A DNA stretch of 51,013 nt from positions 1 through 51,013 of the IMG/VR virus record IMGVR_UViG_3300020455_000019, one strand, 5' to 3'. Under the pieces are notes generated by a model. The model worked only from the letters and a program-made list of their open reading frames with translations, did not search any database and had not been told where the DNA came from. The position numbers and the translations under genes were made by a program. The DNA is from a virus. Lineage: Duplodnaviria > Caudoviricetes. Shown here in pieces: positions 1 through 8,136 of the stretch (positions are counted from its first letter, which is position 1; each line of letters begins with the position of its first letter).

Positions 1-53
1 GAATCTCGCCACTGAAGTATGTCTCCAGCACGAACTTTAGAAGGAATAGTCAT
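1..53 (-). CDS. Head-tail joining/head completion protein, 5' fragment (runs off window)
   Basis: ATG at 53 reads MTIPSKVRAGDILQWRD; lies immediately downstream of terL, the gpW position in lambda-like phages. Confidence 0.55.
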   Translation of the reverse strand, partial: MTIPSKVRAGDILQWRD

Positions 54-59
54 GTTTAA

Positions 60-1928
60 TCACCAATTAGCGACAAAACTACGCTTTTTAGCTGCTTTTT
101 GTCTCCCTGATCTTAGCGGAACCTCCTGCTTAGGCTGTTCAGGGTTACGCTTCTTCTCTAATTGATCCCAAATTGTTCTTCGATCATATCTTTGTTTAAA
201 TCTGCAAAACGCAGCGTAGGCATACACCATCTCATCTAATGCTTCATTTCTAGCATTACTTTTCTTAACCCAAATTCTTTCTTGATAGCCATGTTTATAT
301 CGCAACACTTGTCGTTCGGCTGTTAACTCTTGAAAGTAATCAGTAGTGATCGTTGGATAGAAATGTATATAACCATCACCTAATTCAGCGTCTTTCAACC
401 TGTTATGCAGTGTTGTCTTTATAGTATCAACCCCAACAGGGAACAATTGAACACCTTTCCTCAATGACTTTCCCGAAAAATTTATATCTACTTTTGTTGG
501 TTTGCCTATCGGTGGTTTACCTTTTTGGCCCATCCCCTTAATTCCAATTAAACCTAGATGAGATCTTTCTCGAACGTACTGGTAAACCTCTTGGGTAAAA
601 TGACCTCCAGTGTCGATTGCTGCTGAGTCAATTTTCAACTCAACTCCATCTTCATTTTTATATTTATCCATTAATACTTCATCCATTTGCTTCCATAGAT
701 CTGCTCTTGATGGAGAACCATAAATAACTTTTCGATCTACTAAATACATTTCTTCATTACGACCTAAACCCCAAACACTCATAGACAATCTGTCGTCTTG
801 TACGTCGCATCCAAGACTCAACATAAGAACTTCTTTTGGAGGCACACCTTTTTCGTACTTCTCAACGGCTGCTCTCTCCATCAATCCATCAGCACCAACC
901 TTGCTTGCGTATTCATCTTCCCAACACTCACCCAATGTTGTATTAATCCATGTCTTTAATTGTTCTGGATCATTCTTGCTAAGCAAAAACTCTTCTACTA
1001 AATTCGACCACTCTGCATTTGGTGAATAAGAATAAGCCGCCCAAATATGAAATCCAGCGTGACGACCATTACCTGGTTGTGTTGCTCTCCACTCACCACG
1101 CTCAACCATCCATCTTTTCTTACTGTGAGGAATTAATGCACCACATTCTTCACACGCATAAGAAGCTGTTAATGGATCATTATCTTGCCAACGCATATTT
1201 GCCCAACGCAAATATTGCATGTGACCACAATGACAGCATGGAACGTAGTATCTCCTTTGATCCGACTGTTCAAACAATCTTTCTATTCTTGAGAAATCTT
1301 TAATAGTCGGTGTACTACCAGCAACTATTTTTCTATTCCAAAAATATTGCGTTCTAGCTATACCAAGCTTGATTTGATCACCTTCAGTACCAGCCGATGC
1401 AGGATAGCCATCCGTTTCATCGAACAGGACTATTCTTCTACTTACTCTCCTGAAGCCTCTAGCACTATTTGCACCTACTAAAGATAAAACTCCACCAGGA
1501 AATTGTTTCTGTAAAATTGTATTATTACTATCTCTTGTTTTAGCATCACTGACTAAATTTGTTAAGACTTTAGTATCCCTAATCATAGGTGCTATCTCTT
1601 CTTTGCTATACCCGGCGGCATCCTCAATTGTTGGTTGCACTACCATTATTCCGCAAGGATCTTGGTGGATATGGTAAGCAATAATGTGATTTAAAATTTT
1701 AGAATATCCAACCCTAGCTGACTTCATTACCGTAACTTGTTCGATTTTAGGATCAGTAATTGCATCCATCATTGCCTTTTGATAAGGCAAAGTATGCCAT
1801 CTTCCACCTTCAGCACTTGACTCAGCACTTAAATACGCATATTCATCAGCCCACTCACTAAGAGTTAACTTTTTAGGTGGCTTAAATGCTGCATAAGCAC
1901 TTTTTTCTAATTCAGAAATACTGGTCAT
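60..1928 (-). CDS. terL: Terminase large subunit, lambda GpA family
   Basis: 622 aa; LTLSEWAD N-terminus, VMKSARVGYS Walker A, LFDETD Walker B, GSTPT coupling motif, CxxC pairs, LGCDVQDDRL and RNEALD nuclease motifs. Confidence 0.97.
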   Translation of the reverse strand: MTSISELEKSAYAAFKPPKKLTLSEWADEYAYLSAESSAEGGRWHTLPYQKAMMDAITDPKIEQVTVMKSARVGYSKILNHIIAYHIHQDPCGIMVVQPTIEDAAGYSKEEIAPMIRDTKVLTNLVSDAKTRDSNNTILQKQFPGGVLSLVGANSARGFRRVSRRIVLFDETDGYPASAGTEGDQIKLGIARTQYFWNRKIVAGSTPTIKDFSRIERLFEQSDQRRYYVPCCHCGHMQYLRWANMRWQDNDPLTASYACEECGALIPHSKKRWMVERGEWRATQPGNGRHAGFHIWAAYSYSPNAEWSNLVEEFLLSKNDPEQLKTWINTTLGECWEDEYASKVGADGLMERAAVEKYEKGVPPKEVLMLSLGCDVQDDRLSMSVWGLGRNEEMYLVDRKVIYGSPSRADLWKQMDEVLMDKYKNEDGVELKIDSAAIDTGGHFTQEVYQYVRERSHLGLIGIKGMGQKGKPPIGKPTKVDINFSGKSLRKGVQLFPVGVDTIKTTLHNRLKDAELGDGYIHFYPTITTDYFQELTAERQVLRYKHGYQERIWVKKSNARNEALDEMVYAYAAFCRFKQRYDRRTIWDQLEKKRNPEQPKQEVPLRSGRQKAAKKRSFVANW

Positions 1929-2509
1929 TATGTGTTTTGTATTTTAGTTAATTTTATTTCTGAAAAAAAAGTTTGTTTTTCAAACCATTCTTTCATGTCC
2001 ATATTTTTTTTACTTTGATTACACGAACGACAAGAGGGAATTATATTTTTTAAAGTATGAGTCCCATTATTTTTCTTAGATACAATGTGATCTATTTCTA
2101 GCCAATTTTTTTGTTTTATATCGAAAAAATCTAAATCCACACCACAATATGCACATTTATTATTAAAAACATTTATTTTGTTGATTATATTTTTATAATT
2201 AATTTTTTCAACAAAGTTATTATTGTCTCTAAATTTTTGTCTAGATCTTTGTTCTCTATTAGCGATGCTACCTTCAAAAGTTTGATTTCTTTTAGTAGCT
2301 TTAGAAATATAATATTCTTTATTATTTATATAATGTTTATCACTTTGAACTTTTTTACAACAAACACATCTGCCGTTTTTCCTGTTAGTTGGCTTAGCTC
2401 TAATAGATTTACCAGTATTTAAGTATTCGTGATTACTCTTACATAAATCACCAAGATAATCTTCTTCGTAAAGACCTCGTTCATCAATCCACTGTTTTAT
2501 ATCTGTCAT
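1928..2509 (-). CDS. HNH endonuclease inserted between terS and terL
   Basis: CAYCG...EIDHIVSKKNNGTHTLKNIIPSCRSCNQSK HNH signature; additional N-terminal C/H cluster; visibly more AT-rich than its flanks. Confidence 0.9.
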   Translation of the reverse strand: MTDIKQWIDERGLYEEDYLGDLCKSNHEYLNTGKSIRAKPTNRKNGRCVCCKKVQSDKHYINNKEYYISKATKRNQTFEGSIANREQRSRQKFRDNNNFVEKINYKNIINKINVFNNKCAYCGVDLDFFDIKQKNWLEIDHIVSKKNNGTHTLKNIIPSCRSCNQSKKNMDMKEWFEKQTFFSEIKLTKIQNT

Positions 2510-3003
2510 GCTGCTTGTGGCTCAGCCAACTCTTCCAAAGCTTCTCTAACAATGTCATCCAAGTGACTCATTGCATTGGTGTCTAGATCAGGGATTCTTT
2601 GTTTTGCCTTTGTCGGTACACCTAAAAGCTTGGTTCTTGCTGTAGCAATGATATTTTCCCAACTTGTACGCACTTCATCCATCGAAACTAAGTCATCTTC
2701 CTTCTGTTTACGCTCTAGCTCTAATAATTCAGCCCTTAAATGTTCAGTCCTAGCTCTGCTTTCGTCATACTCAGGTATTGATTCATTTGTTCTGCTATTT
2801 CTTGGTTTATTAGTGCCGACCTTAGAAACCCTTGGCCCTGCTGACTTTTTCTTTAATTCATTCCACATCGTATCGCTGTTAATCAAAATATTTCCTTGGG
2901 CATCCTCCATTGCGGTCAACTTGCCCCTTTTTATGGACATGTAAACCGATTGCAAAGTCACCCCTAATTGCTCCGCTGCTTCCTTCCGTGAGATGAGTGG
3001 CAT
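2506..3003 (-). CDS. terS: Terminase small subunit (Nu1-like)
   Basis: N-terminal HTH (ISRKEAAEQLGVTLQSVY), YDESRARTEHLRAELLELE coiled coil, position upstream of terL. Confidence 0.88.
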   Translation of the reverse strand: MPLISRKEAAEQLGVTLQSVYMSIKRGKLTAMEDAQGNILINSDTMWNELKKKSAGPRVSKVGTNKPRNSRTNESIPEYDESRARTEHLRAELLELERKQKEDDLVSMDEVRTSWENIIATARTKLLGVPTKAKQRIPDLDTNAMSHLDDIVREALEELAEPQAA

Positions 3004-3190
3004 GTAACAGAATCGTATGTTTGTTACATTAGCGCATTTCGTTACACGTGCTATAATGTTCGGCCTTTACTAGTGTCTGAGATAAAAAATGCTTATCTTT
3101 TAACATCTTTAACAAACTAAGTAGACTTGTGCCTAGAAAAATTTTGCGACTCGAAACTATCCCCAGAGTTTTTGCCAAAAAGTACCTTTT
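3003..3190. promoter_or_regulatory. Probable cos/packaging-initiation region with GTTACA repeats
   Basis: Non-coding stretch directly upstream of terS in a GpA-terminase phage; TGTAAC/GTTACA at 3003, 3023 and 3041; cleavage site cannot be fixed from sequence. Confidence 0.45.
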
Positions 3191-3240
3191 TTTTTAAAAC
3201 GTCTACTAAATCGTGCTATATTGCCGCAATAGCACCCAGT

Positions 3241-3410
3241 CTGTGACGTATTGCCCCACGTTGTCACGAATTGTCGCTCACTGTCACATGATACGACATA
3301 GCAAACGAGCCAACTTTTTTAATATTAGCTACCCCAAAAAGTAGCCTATTAGCTCAATACGTCACGACGTACCACGACATACCACGCAATACAACACAAT
3401 AAAAACAACG
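3241..3410. repeat. Two tracts of degenerate 10-bp tandem repeats
   Basis: ctgtgacgta/ttgccccacg/ttgtcacgaa/ttgtcgctca/ctgtcacatg (3241-3290) and gtcacgacgt/accacgacat/accacgcaat/acaacacaat (3361-3400). Confidence 0.65.
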
Positions 3411-3564
3411 TATTAATACCTAACGTCGCAAATCGCCTCAGACGGTCACAATTTGCTACCATATACTACTCAGCACGTTTTAGTTTGGGCTGTCTGAAGG
3501 CCATATAAAGGCCAATAATTTTAATGATTTAAGGCTAGATTCTCCAGTAAATAAAAAAAGGCAT

Positions 3565-3592
3565 AAAAAAAAGCCTAGATAATAGGCTTTTT
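3565..3592 (-). terminator. Intrinsic terminator (bidirectional geometry) closing the early region
   Basis: aaaaagccta-gataa-taggcttttt hairpin with A and T runs on both sides, just after the stop of 3615..4196. Confidence 0.8.
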
Positions 3593-3614
3593 AAATAGTT
3601 GTTTAATATGCTTT

Positions 3615-4196
3615 TTATCTCCTGCTAAACTCGCTTATAGAGCTTTCAAGCCTTCTCAGCTCGTCTTTAGTCTCTACTAGCTTTTTTCTTATCGCTGCTA
3701 ACTCTTCCACTGTCCAGTCTGTGCGCCTTTCATCTATGTCTATATCTTCTGCAACTCTGTATAGATTCCCTGTTGACTCGTCCCAACTTCCAATATAAAT
3801 ATTATCTATATATATAGTAAGAGCTGAAGTATGGTCTAGACCGCTAAATAAATCAGTTCTAAAGGCTTGATAGTACATACTTAAATCGAACATTAAAGAC
3901 CCTGCGCTATATCTGCAACGCAATGTGAAACCCTCGTCCCTTAGATCTTGTATGTAACTATTTAAAGAGCTACTAACAAGTTTAGACCAACTGCCATACC
4001 CTGAAATAGTTCTAATCTTTTTACCTATAAAAGGCTTGAAAAAGTCTCTTAGTTCTATTTCTACTTGATTAGCTTTCTTATTTAATACATTTCTATACTC
4101 TACTTCAGACTTGCGGTTGGATTGTTCTCTTTTTAATAGCTCTTGCTTACGAGCGGCTACATTAGCTTTCATTTCTTGGGTTTTAGTTGTTTGCAT
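3615..4196 (-). CDS. Hypothetical early protein with coiled-coil ends
   Basis: 193-aa ORF inside a promoter/terminator-bounded unit. Confidence 0.75.
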   Translation of the reverse strand: MQTTKTQEMKANVAARKQELLKREQSNRKSEVEYRNVLNKKANQVEIELRDFFKPFIGKKIRTISGYGSWSKLVSSSLNSYIQDLRDEGFTLRCRYSAGSLMFDLSMYYQAFRTDLFSGLDHTSALTIYIDNIYIGSWDESTGNLYRVAEDIDIDERRTDWTVEELAAIRKKLVETKDELRRLESSISEFSRR

Positions 4197-4282
4197 TGTT
4201 TTTTAAAAAAGAAGGAAGGTTAACAGATTTAACAGGCTTAAAACTGCCTGATTTAGGACAGTACCTAAGATTAATAGTTTTA

Positions 4283-4615
4283 TTATTCTCCATTTAATAA
4301 CTCCATCATTTCAGTGAAAGCAGCTTTATATTTATTAGTTGAATAATCATCATTCTGTAAATCATTAACATCTATATTCAAAACAAAAGTATGGAAAGCT
4401 TCTATATCTTGCTTTTTTAGATACTCGTCAATTGCTCCATATTCAACGCCTATCTGAATAATGCGCTTAGTGTTGGCCTTAGTTCTTTTTAGTTCTCTTA
4501 AAACGTGCTGAGCTTCAACACTATTAATAGCCTCACAATATAAAGGCTGAATATGGTCAGCAACTTTAAGACCTGACTTTTTATAAGCCTTATTGATTAA
4601 AGCAATAGAGTCCAT
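4283..4615 (-). CDS. Hypothetical early protein
   Basis: 110-aa ORF preceded by a TCTTTATCTT leader and a promoter. Confidence 0.75.
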   Translation of the reverse strand: MDSIALINKAYKKSGLKVADHIQPLYCEAINSVEAQHVLRELKRTKANTKRIIQIGVEYGAIDEYLKKQDIEAFHTFVLNIDVNDLQNDDYSTNKYKAAFTEMMELLNGE

Positions 4616-4642
4616 AAGATAAAGAATAATTAACTATTAAGA

Positions 4643-4691
4643 ATATATAGATAGATAAATATTAAAACAATATTACTTAACATATTGAAAC
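4643..4691 (-). promoter_or_regulatory. Sigma70-type early promoter
   Basis: TTGTTT-N17-TATATT on the minus strand; upstream element TGTTAAG(T/C)AATATTGTTTT is shared with 5943-5991. Confidence 0.6.
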
Positions 4692-4817
4692 AATTAAATT
4701 ATCCTTTACATCTAATACGTCGACTACTTTTTTTAATACGTCAACGTCTACTCGTCGTTGTCGTTCAATACGTCTACGTCTACTTGATATTGCTAATTTC
4801 AACTTTTTTTAAAAAAC

Positions 4818-4846
4818 AAAAAAATTAGGATTTTTAAAACCCTAAA
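4818..4846 (-). terminator. Intrinsic terminator within element A
   Basis: Minus strand TTAGGGTTTTAAAAATCCTAA followed by a T-run. Confidence 0.6.
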
Positions 4847-4938
4847 GAAATTATTTTTTTTATGTGCGTATGTATGTGCGTATGTATGTGCGTATATGTC
4901 AAAGCTAGCGAGTCTCCGAGTCTCCGAGTCTCCGAGTC

Positions 4939-5679
4939 TCAAGCTGGAATCAATTCTTTTTTAACATATTTACCCATATTACCATGAGCATTAATAACAA
5001 TATTTTTGCCTTTTTTGCTACCACTACCTGAACACATAGAACACATATCACAACTTGCTTTTTTACCAGCTTCAATAGATGCTGGACAATTAATAAAACC
5101 TTTAGGAGTATTGGTATCTTTATGTTTGACTAAGAAACAATTAAAACCTAAATCGCTTGCATATAAATAATCCTCAAAACTATCGCAGCTAGCTTGTAAT
5201 ACATTCTTAAAGTCAATAGCAAAACTATGTCTGTATTGGTGTGAATAGCCTGTGTGGGACTTACAAACACTTAATAGAGGATTCCATACATTTAAAGGGA
5301 TCATTGTAGGATCACCCGCTGATCCCATACGCAAAGCTCTATTTTTTATAAGCTTTAAATCAGAATTATTGAAATAATCATACCTACCAGCTTTGTATGC
5401 TTTCCAGACCTGTAAAGGAGCTTGAAACCACTTGACATAACAGGAGTTTTGACGATTGCCAGAGTGGGGACAATCACCACAAACACCTCGATTTAAACCG
5501 TTCTTATGTGCCTCGTTAGGCTTTTCATCCTGTAATAGAATCCAGCTTTGGATCATATCACCTGTTTTTTCATTACTTGTTTTTGATTTTAATCCTGTAA
5601 GAATACATACAATTTTTTGACCTGTTAAAGGACTTAAGCCTTCAAACAAAATACGACCGTTATCATTAAATTTATTCAT
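4939..5679 (-). CDS. Cys-rich conserved phage protein (Gp88-like; possible Fe-S/radical-SAM-like fold)
   Basis: SNEKTGDM, CGDCPH..SCYV, LRMGSAGDP, GYSHQ, CPAS..SCDMCSMC, IVINAHG motifs. Confidence 0.6.
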   Translation of the reverse strand: MNKFNDNGRILFEGLSPLTGQKIVCILTGLKSKTSNEKTGDMIQSWILLQDEKPNEAHKNGLNRGVCGDCPHSGNRQNSCYVKWFQAPLQVWKAYKAGRYDYFNNSDLKLIKNRALRMGSAGDPTMIPLNVWNPLLSVCKSHTGYSHQYRHSFAIDFKNVLQASCDSFEDYLYASDLGFNCFLVKHKDTNTPKGFINCPASIEAGKKASCDMCSMCSGSGSKKGKNIVINAHGNMGKYVKKELIPA

Positions 5680-5681
5680 GA

Positions 5682-5915
5682 TTAATTCATCCTATTTTTA
5701 ATAACATTAATTGAAGCAACTTTTCTTAGGTTCCCGTAGCGTACGATTAAGCAAGCTATGCCATATCTTTGACAATCACTCTTATTAATTTTACCTTTAT
5801 TGGATATGTCACTGACCTCAAAATCTTTATTAGCTAAGTAATCATCTAATATTTCTTGCTTGTTTTTATAGTCTCTCCCATATGATGGTAAGACGTTAAC
5901 TTGAAAAGGATACAT
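5682..5915 (-). CDS. Small conserved phage protein (PSYGRDYK motif)
   Basis: Start re-assigned to ATG 5915 (MYPFQV...), which follows a TTATCTTTTATCTTTTATC leader. Confidence 0.75.
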   Translation of the reverse strand: MYPFQVNVLPSYGRDYKNKQEILDDYLANKDFEVSDISNKGKINKSDCQRYGIACLIVRYGNLRKVASINVIKNRMN

Positions 5916-5942
5916 GATAAAAGATAAAAGATAATTGAACAC

Positions 5943-5991
5943 ACATTACCAAAAATTAATATCAAAACAATATTGCTTAACATTTTGTAAT
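5943..5991 (-). promoter_or_regulatory. Sigma70-type early promoter
   Basis: TTGTTT-N16-TAATGT with an extended TG; homologous to 4643-4691. Confidence 0.6.
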
Positions 5992-6098
5992 AATTAATAA
6001 AACTGTACGTCAACTACTTTTGAATACGTCAACGTCTACTCGTCGTTGTCGTATGATACGTCTATTTGTAGTTGTTGATTTTTGCTTTTTAAAAATTG

Positions 6099-6128
6099 CA
6101 AAAAAAATTCAGGATAAAAAATCCTGAA
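6099..6128 (-). terminator. Intrinsic terminator within element B
   Basis: TTCAGGAT-N5-ATCCTGAA perfect 8-bp stem followed by a T-run on the minus strand. Confidence 0.75.
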
Positions 6129-6251
6129 AAATTTATCTTTTATGTGCGTACATACATGTATGCGTATGTATGTGTATGTGAAAGCCAGCGAGTCTCCGAG
6201 TCTTCGTGATAGCGAGTCTCCGAGTCTTCGTGATAGCGAGTCTCCGAGTCT

Positions 6252-6698
6252 TTAACCATAGACTGTATCTCCAAAGCAAGCTACTTGAAAGATTGAATCA
6301 GCGAGTCCTCCGTCAATTAACCCCATGTCAATTTCTTCATCATCCTTTTTAGTTTTGAAACAACTTGCAATTTGAGAAGCATAATCCCAATGCAAATTAG
6401 TTTTGTTATTGCAGATTTTGTTAATGGCTTCAAGCAGGTCTTTAATCTTGATGTTTATAGGTTCCTCATCCTCTCTATCTATGCCAGAGATAGGATCATC
6501 AAGAGTGAATTTCTTAGCCCATGCAGCACATCCTTGCCACTCGTACTCACCCTTGTAATAGCCTTCACTATCGGTTTCTATATGACCAATAGATATGTCT
6601 TCAGCCCAATAACTAGAGCCTTGTCCTATAGAACAAAAGAGAGAAGTCATATCCTCTTCAGAGAGTTCTACGCTTGATTCATATTGAACTTTAAACAT
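6252..6698 (-). CDS. Acidic conserved phage hypothetical protein
   Basis: 148 aa; GSSYWA and C-terminal ADSIFQVACFGDTVYG motifs. Confidence 0.75.
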   Translation of the reverse strand: MFKVQYESSVELSEEDMTSLFCSIGQGSSYWAEDISIGHIETDSEGYYKGEYEWQGCAAWAKKFTLDDPISGIDREDEEPINIKIKDLLEAINKICNNKTNLHWDYASQIASCFKTKKDDEEIDMGLIDGGLADSIFQVACFGDTVYG

Positions 6699-6922
6699 TA
6701 GTGTTTGCCTCCAAATTCGGCTCTAGAAAAAGCATCTCTAACAGCATCTTTTAATAACTTTGATGCCAAAGTTGTTGGCGGTATAGGGTCTTGTGTAACT
6801 AAGTTAGAAAGATCCCAATCCTTGCCACAGGTGGGGCAGCTTTGAGCCATTGAGCCTTGAGCCATTGCTTTAAGCATTTCCCACTCTTCAGTAGGAAGTT
6901 TTGCGTTGATTTGATGTTTCAT
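6698..6922 (-). CDS. Small hypothetical protein, possible ribbon-helix-helix with CxxC insert
   Basis: QINAKLPTEEWEMLKAMA...CPTC...LASKLLKDAV; coupled to neighbours by TAATG overlaps. Confidence 0.6.
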   Translation of the reverse strand: MKHQINAKLPTEEWEMLKAMAQGSMAQSCPTCGKDWDLSNLVTQDPIPPTTLASKLLKDAVRDAFSRAEFGGKH

Positions 6923-7221
6923 TAGCTTTTTAGCTCCGTATATTCTTGGTGAAGCCAGCCATCAGCATTAGCGGCTTCAGTTGCTTGAGCTTGATCCCAT
7001 AACTCAACCTGTTTAGCTTTACCTTTACCTTGGAATTGAATAGACCAATCTTTGATTGAGTTCCAGCTAACACCAGAGCCATCATCTAATACAAGAACTA
7101 TCTCATGGTTAGCAACATCCACCTGAATGTCTTTAATGAAAAACTCATCACCATTTTCATTAGTAAGAAGCTGACCTTTTAACCAATTAATATCGAAAAA
7201 TTGTGGGCCTGAAAGTTTCAT
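6922..7221 (-). CDS. Hypothetical protein
   Basis: 99 aa, translationally coupled overlaps. Confidence 0.7.
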   Translation of the reverse strand: MKLSGPQFFDINWLKGQLLTNENGDEFFIKDIQVDVANHEIVLVLDDGSGVSWNSIKDWSIQFQGKGKAKQVELWDQAQATEAANADGWLHQEYTELKS

Positions 7222-7577
7222 TCTGCTTCTCCTTCACAATGTGGACATTCAGGGGAAGCAATAGGTCTTCCAGATAAGATTGCTACAAGAATCAAAACTG
7301 CTATCACTGAAGCTGGTTGATCATCATTGATGATCATTGATGAACCACCATCAGGGAATTGAAGACCTGATTCAAAGCAACAAACATAGCTAGATGTATC
7401 TCCTTTTACTTGCATAATTCCAAAGCCAACACCCTTACTTTTATCTTCAGTGTGCGACATATAAACAGGATCAAAATCCTCAATCTTTAATCCAGCAGTG
7501 TCTAAACCAACTGCGATATGACGTTCAAAGCTAGAAGCATTTGGCCCTAGCTTTTGACGTAGTTCGGTATCAGTCAT
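7218..7577 (-). CDS. Hypothetical protein with C-terminal hydrophobic helix and CxxC
   Basis: 119 aa, ATGA overlaps on both sides. Confidence 0.7.
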   Translation of the reverse strand: MTDTELRQKLGPNASSFERHIAVGLDTAGLKIEDFDPVYMSHTEDKSKGVGFGIMQVKGDTSSYVCCFESGLQFPDGGSSMIINDDQPASVIAVLILVAILSGRPIASPECPHCEGEAE

Positions 7578-8104
7578 ACTGTCACCTCTTCTTGAAGCTT
7601 TTTTACGTCTTCCTCTTTTTGAGCTTTAAGCAGCTTGTCAAACTCAGCTTCATATTTATCATCTAATTTTCTATAAGTTGCATAGTCTCTATCTTTAATC
7701 AACTCAGCGTCTTTAAGCTCTTCCTGAAGCTTTGGTATTTCAGCTAATTGCTTTAACTTGGCTTCCCTTAAAACTTTTAATGACTCGCTTAAGGCACAAG
7801 ACATATCTTCATCTACTCCATAAATTCCTTGATATTTTTTTGCGAATTTTTTAACAGCTTTTGTATAGCCAGCATTGCCATAAATCAAATCACTGTCTAA
7901 ATCATCCAAGATTCTGATCGCGGGATCATGAGTATCAGTATTCATAATCCTATGATTAATTGTCCTTTCTAAATCTTGACATTTTTCAAGATTAACTCTG
8001 TGAGCTTCAAGAGCTTCCTTTAAGTCAGGGAACCTATCATCAGCCTTCCATTGGTGGAAGTACTCAGGAATACGTTCAGTTGTTGTTTTTGTAGTTGTTG
8101 CCAT
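7574..8104 (-). CDS. Hypothetical helical/coiled-coil protein
   Basis: 176 aa with a TCTTTATCTTTT leader. Confidence 0.75.
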   Translation of the reverse strand: MATTTKTTTERIPEYFHQWKADDRFPDLKEALEAHRVNLEKCQDLERTINHRIMNTDTHDPAIRILDDLDSDLIYGNAGYTKAVKKFAKKYQGIYGVDEDMSCALSESLKVLREAKLKQLAEIPKLQEELKDAELIKDRDYATYRKLDDKYEAEFDKLLKAQKEEDVKKLQEEVTV

Positions 8105-8136
8105 AAGGCTGGACCAATAAAAGATAAAGAATTAGT

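Larger units (their letters stand above)
4643..4940. repeat. Composite intergenic element, copy A
   Basis: Promoter + CGTC block + hairpin + (TATGTGCGTATG)x~3 + (CGAGTCTC)x4; paralogous to 5943-6252, including an identical 30-mer at 4735-4764 and 6023-6052. Confidence 0.9.
5943..6252. repeat. Composite intergenic element, copy B
   Basis: Same module order as copy A; 24-bp unit AGCGAGTCTCCGAGTCTTCGTGAT x2.75 at 6187-6252; YR tract at 6141-6180. Confidence 0.9.

Noticed and set aside
1019-2944. Plus-strand ORFs overlapping the terminase genes, and similar short antisense ORFs in the primase, helicase and tape measure genes
   Set aside because: Fully nested antisense to well-supported genes, with no motifs or expression signals
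3003-3028. NtcA box at the terS start
   Set aside because: No GTA/TAC pair here has the required N8 spacing (the closest is N7)
6187-6252. 24-bp direct repeats as a mini-CRISPR array
   Set aside because: The units are head-to-tail with no unique spacers, and there are no cas genes
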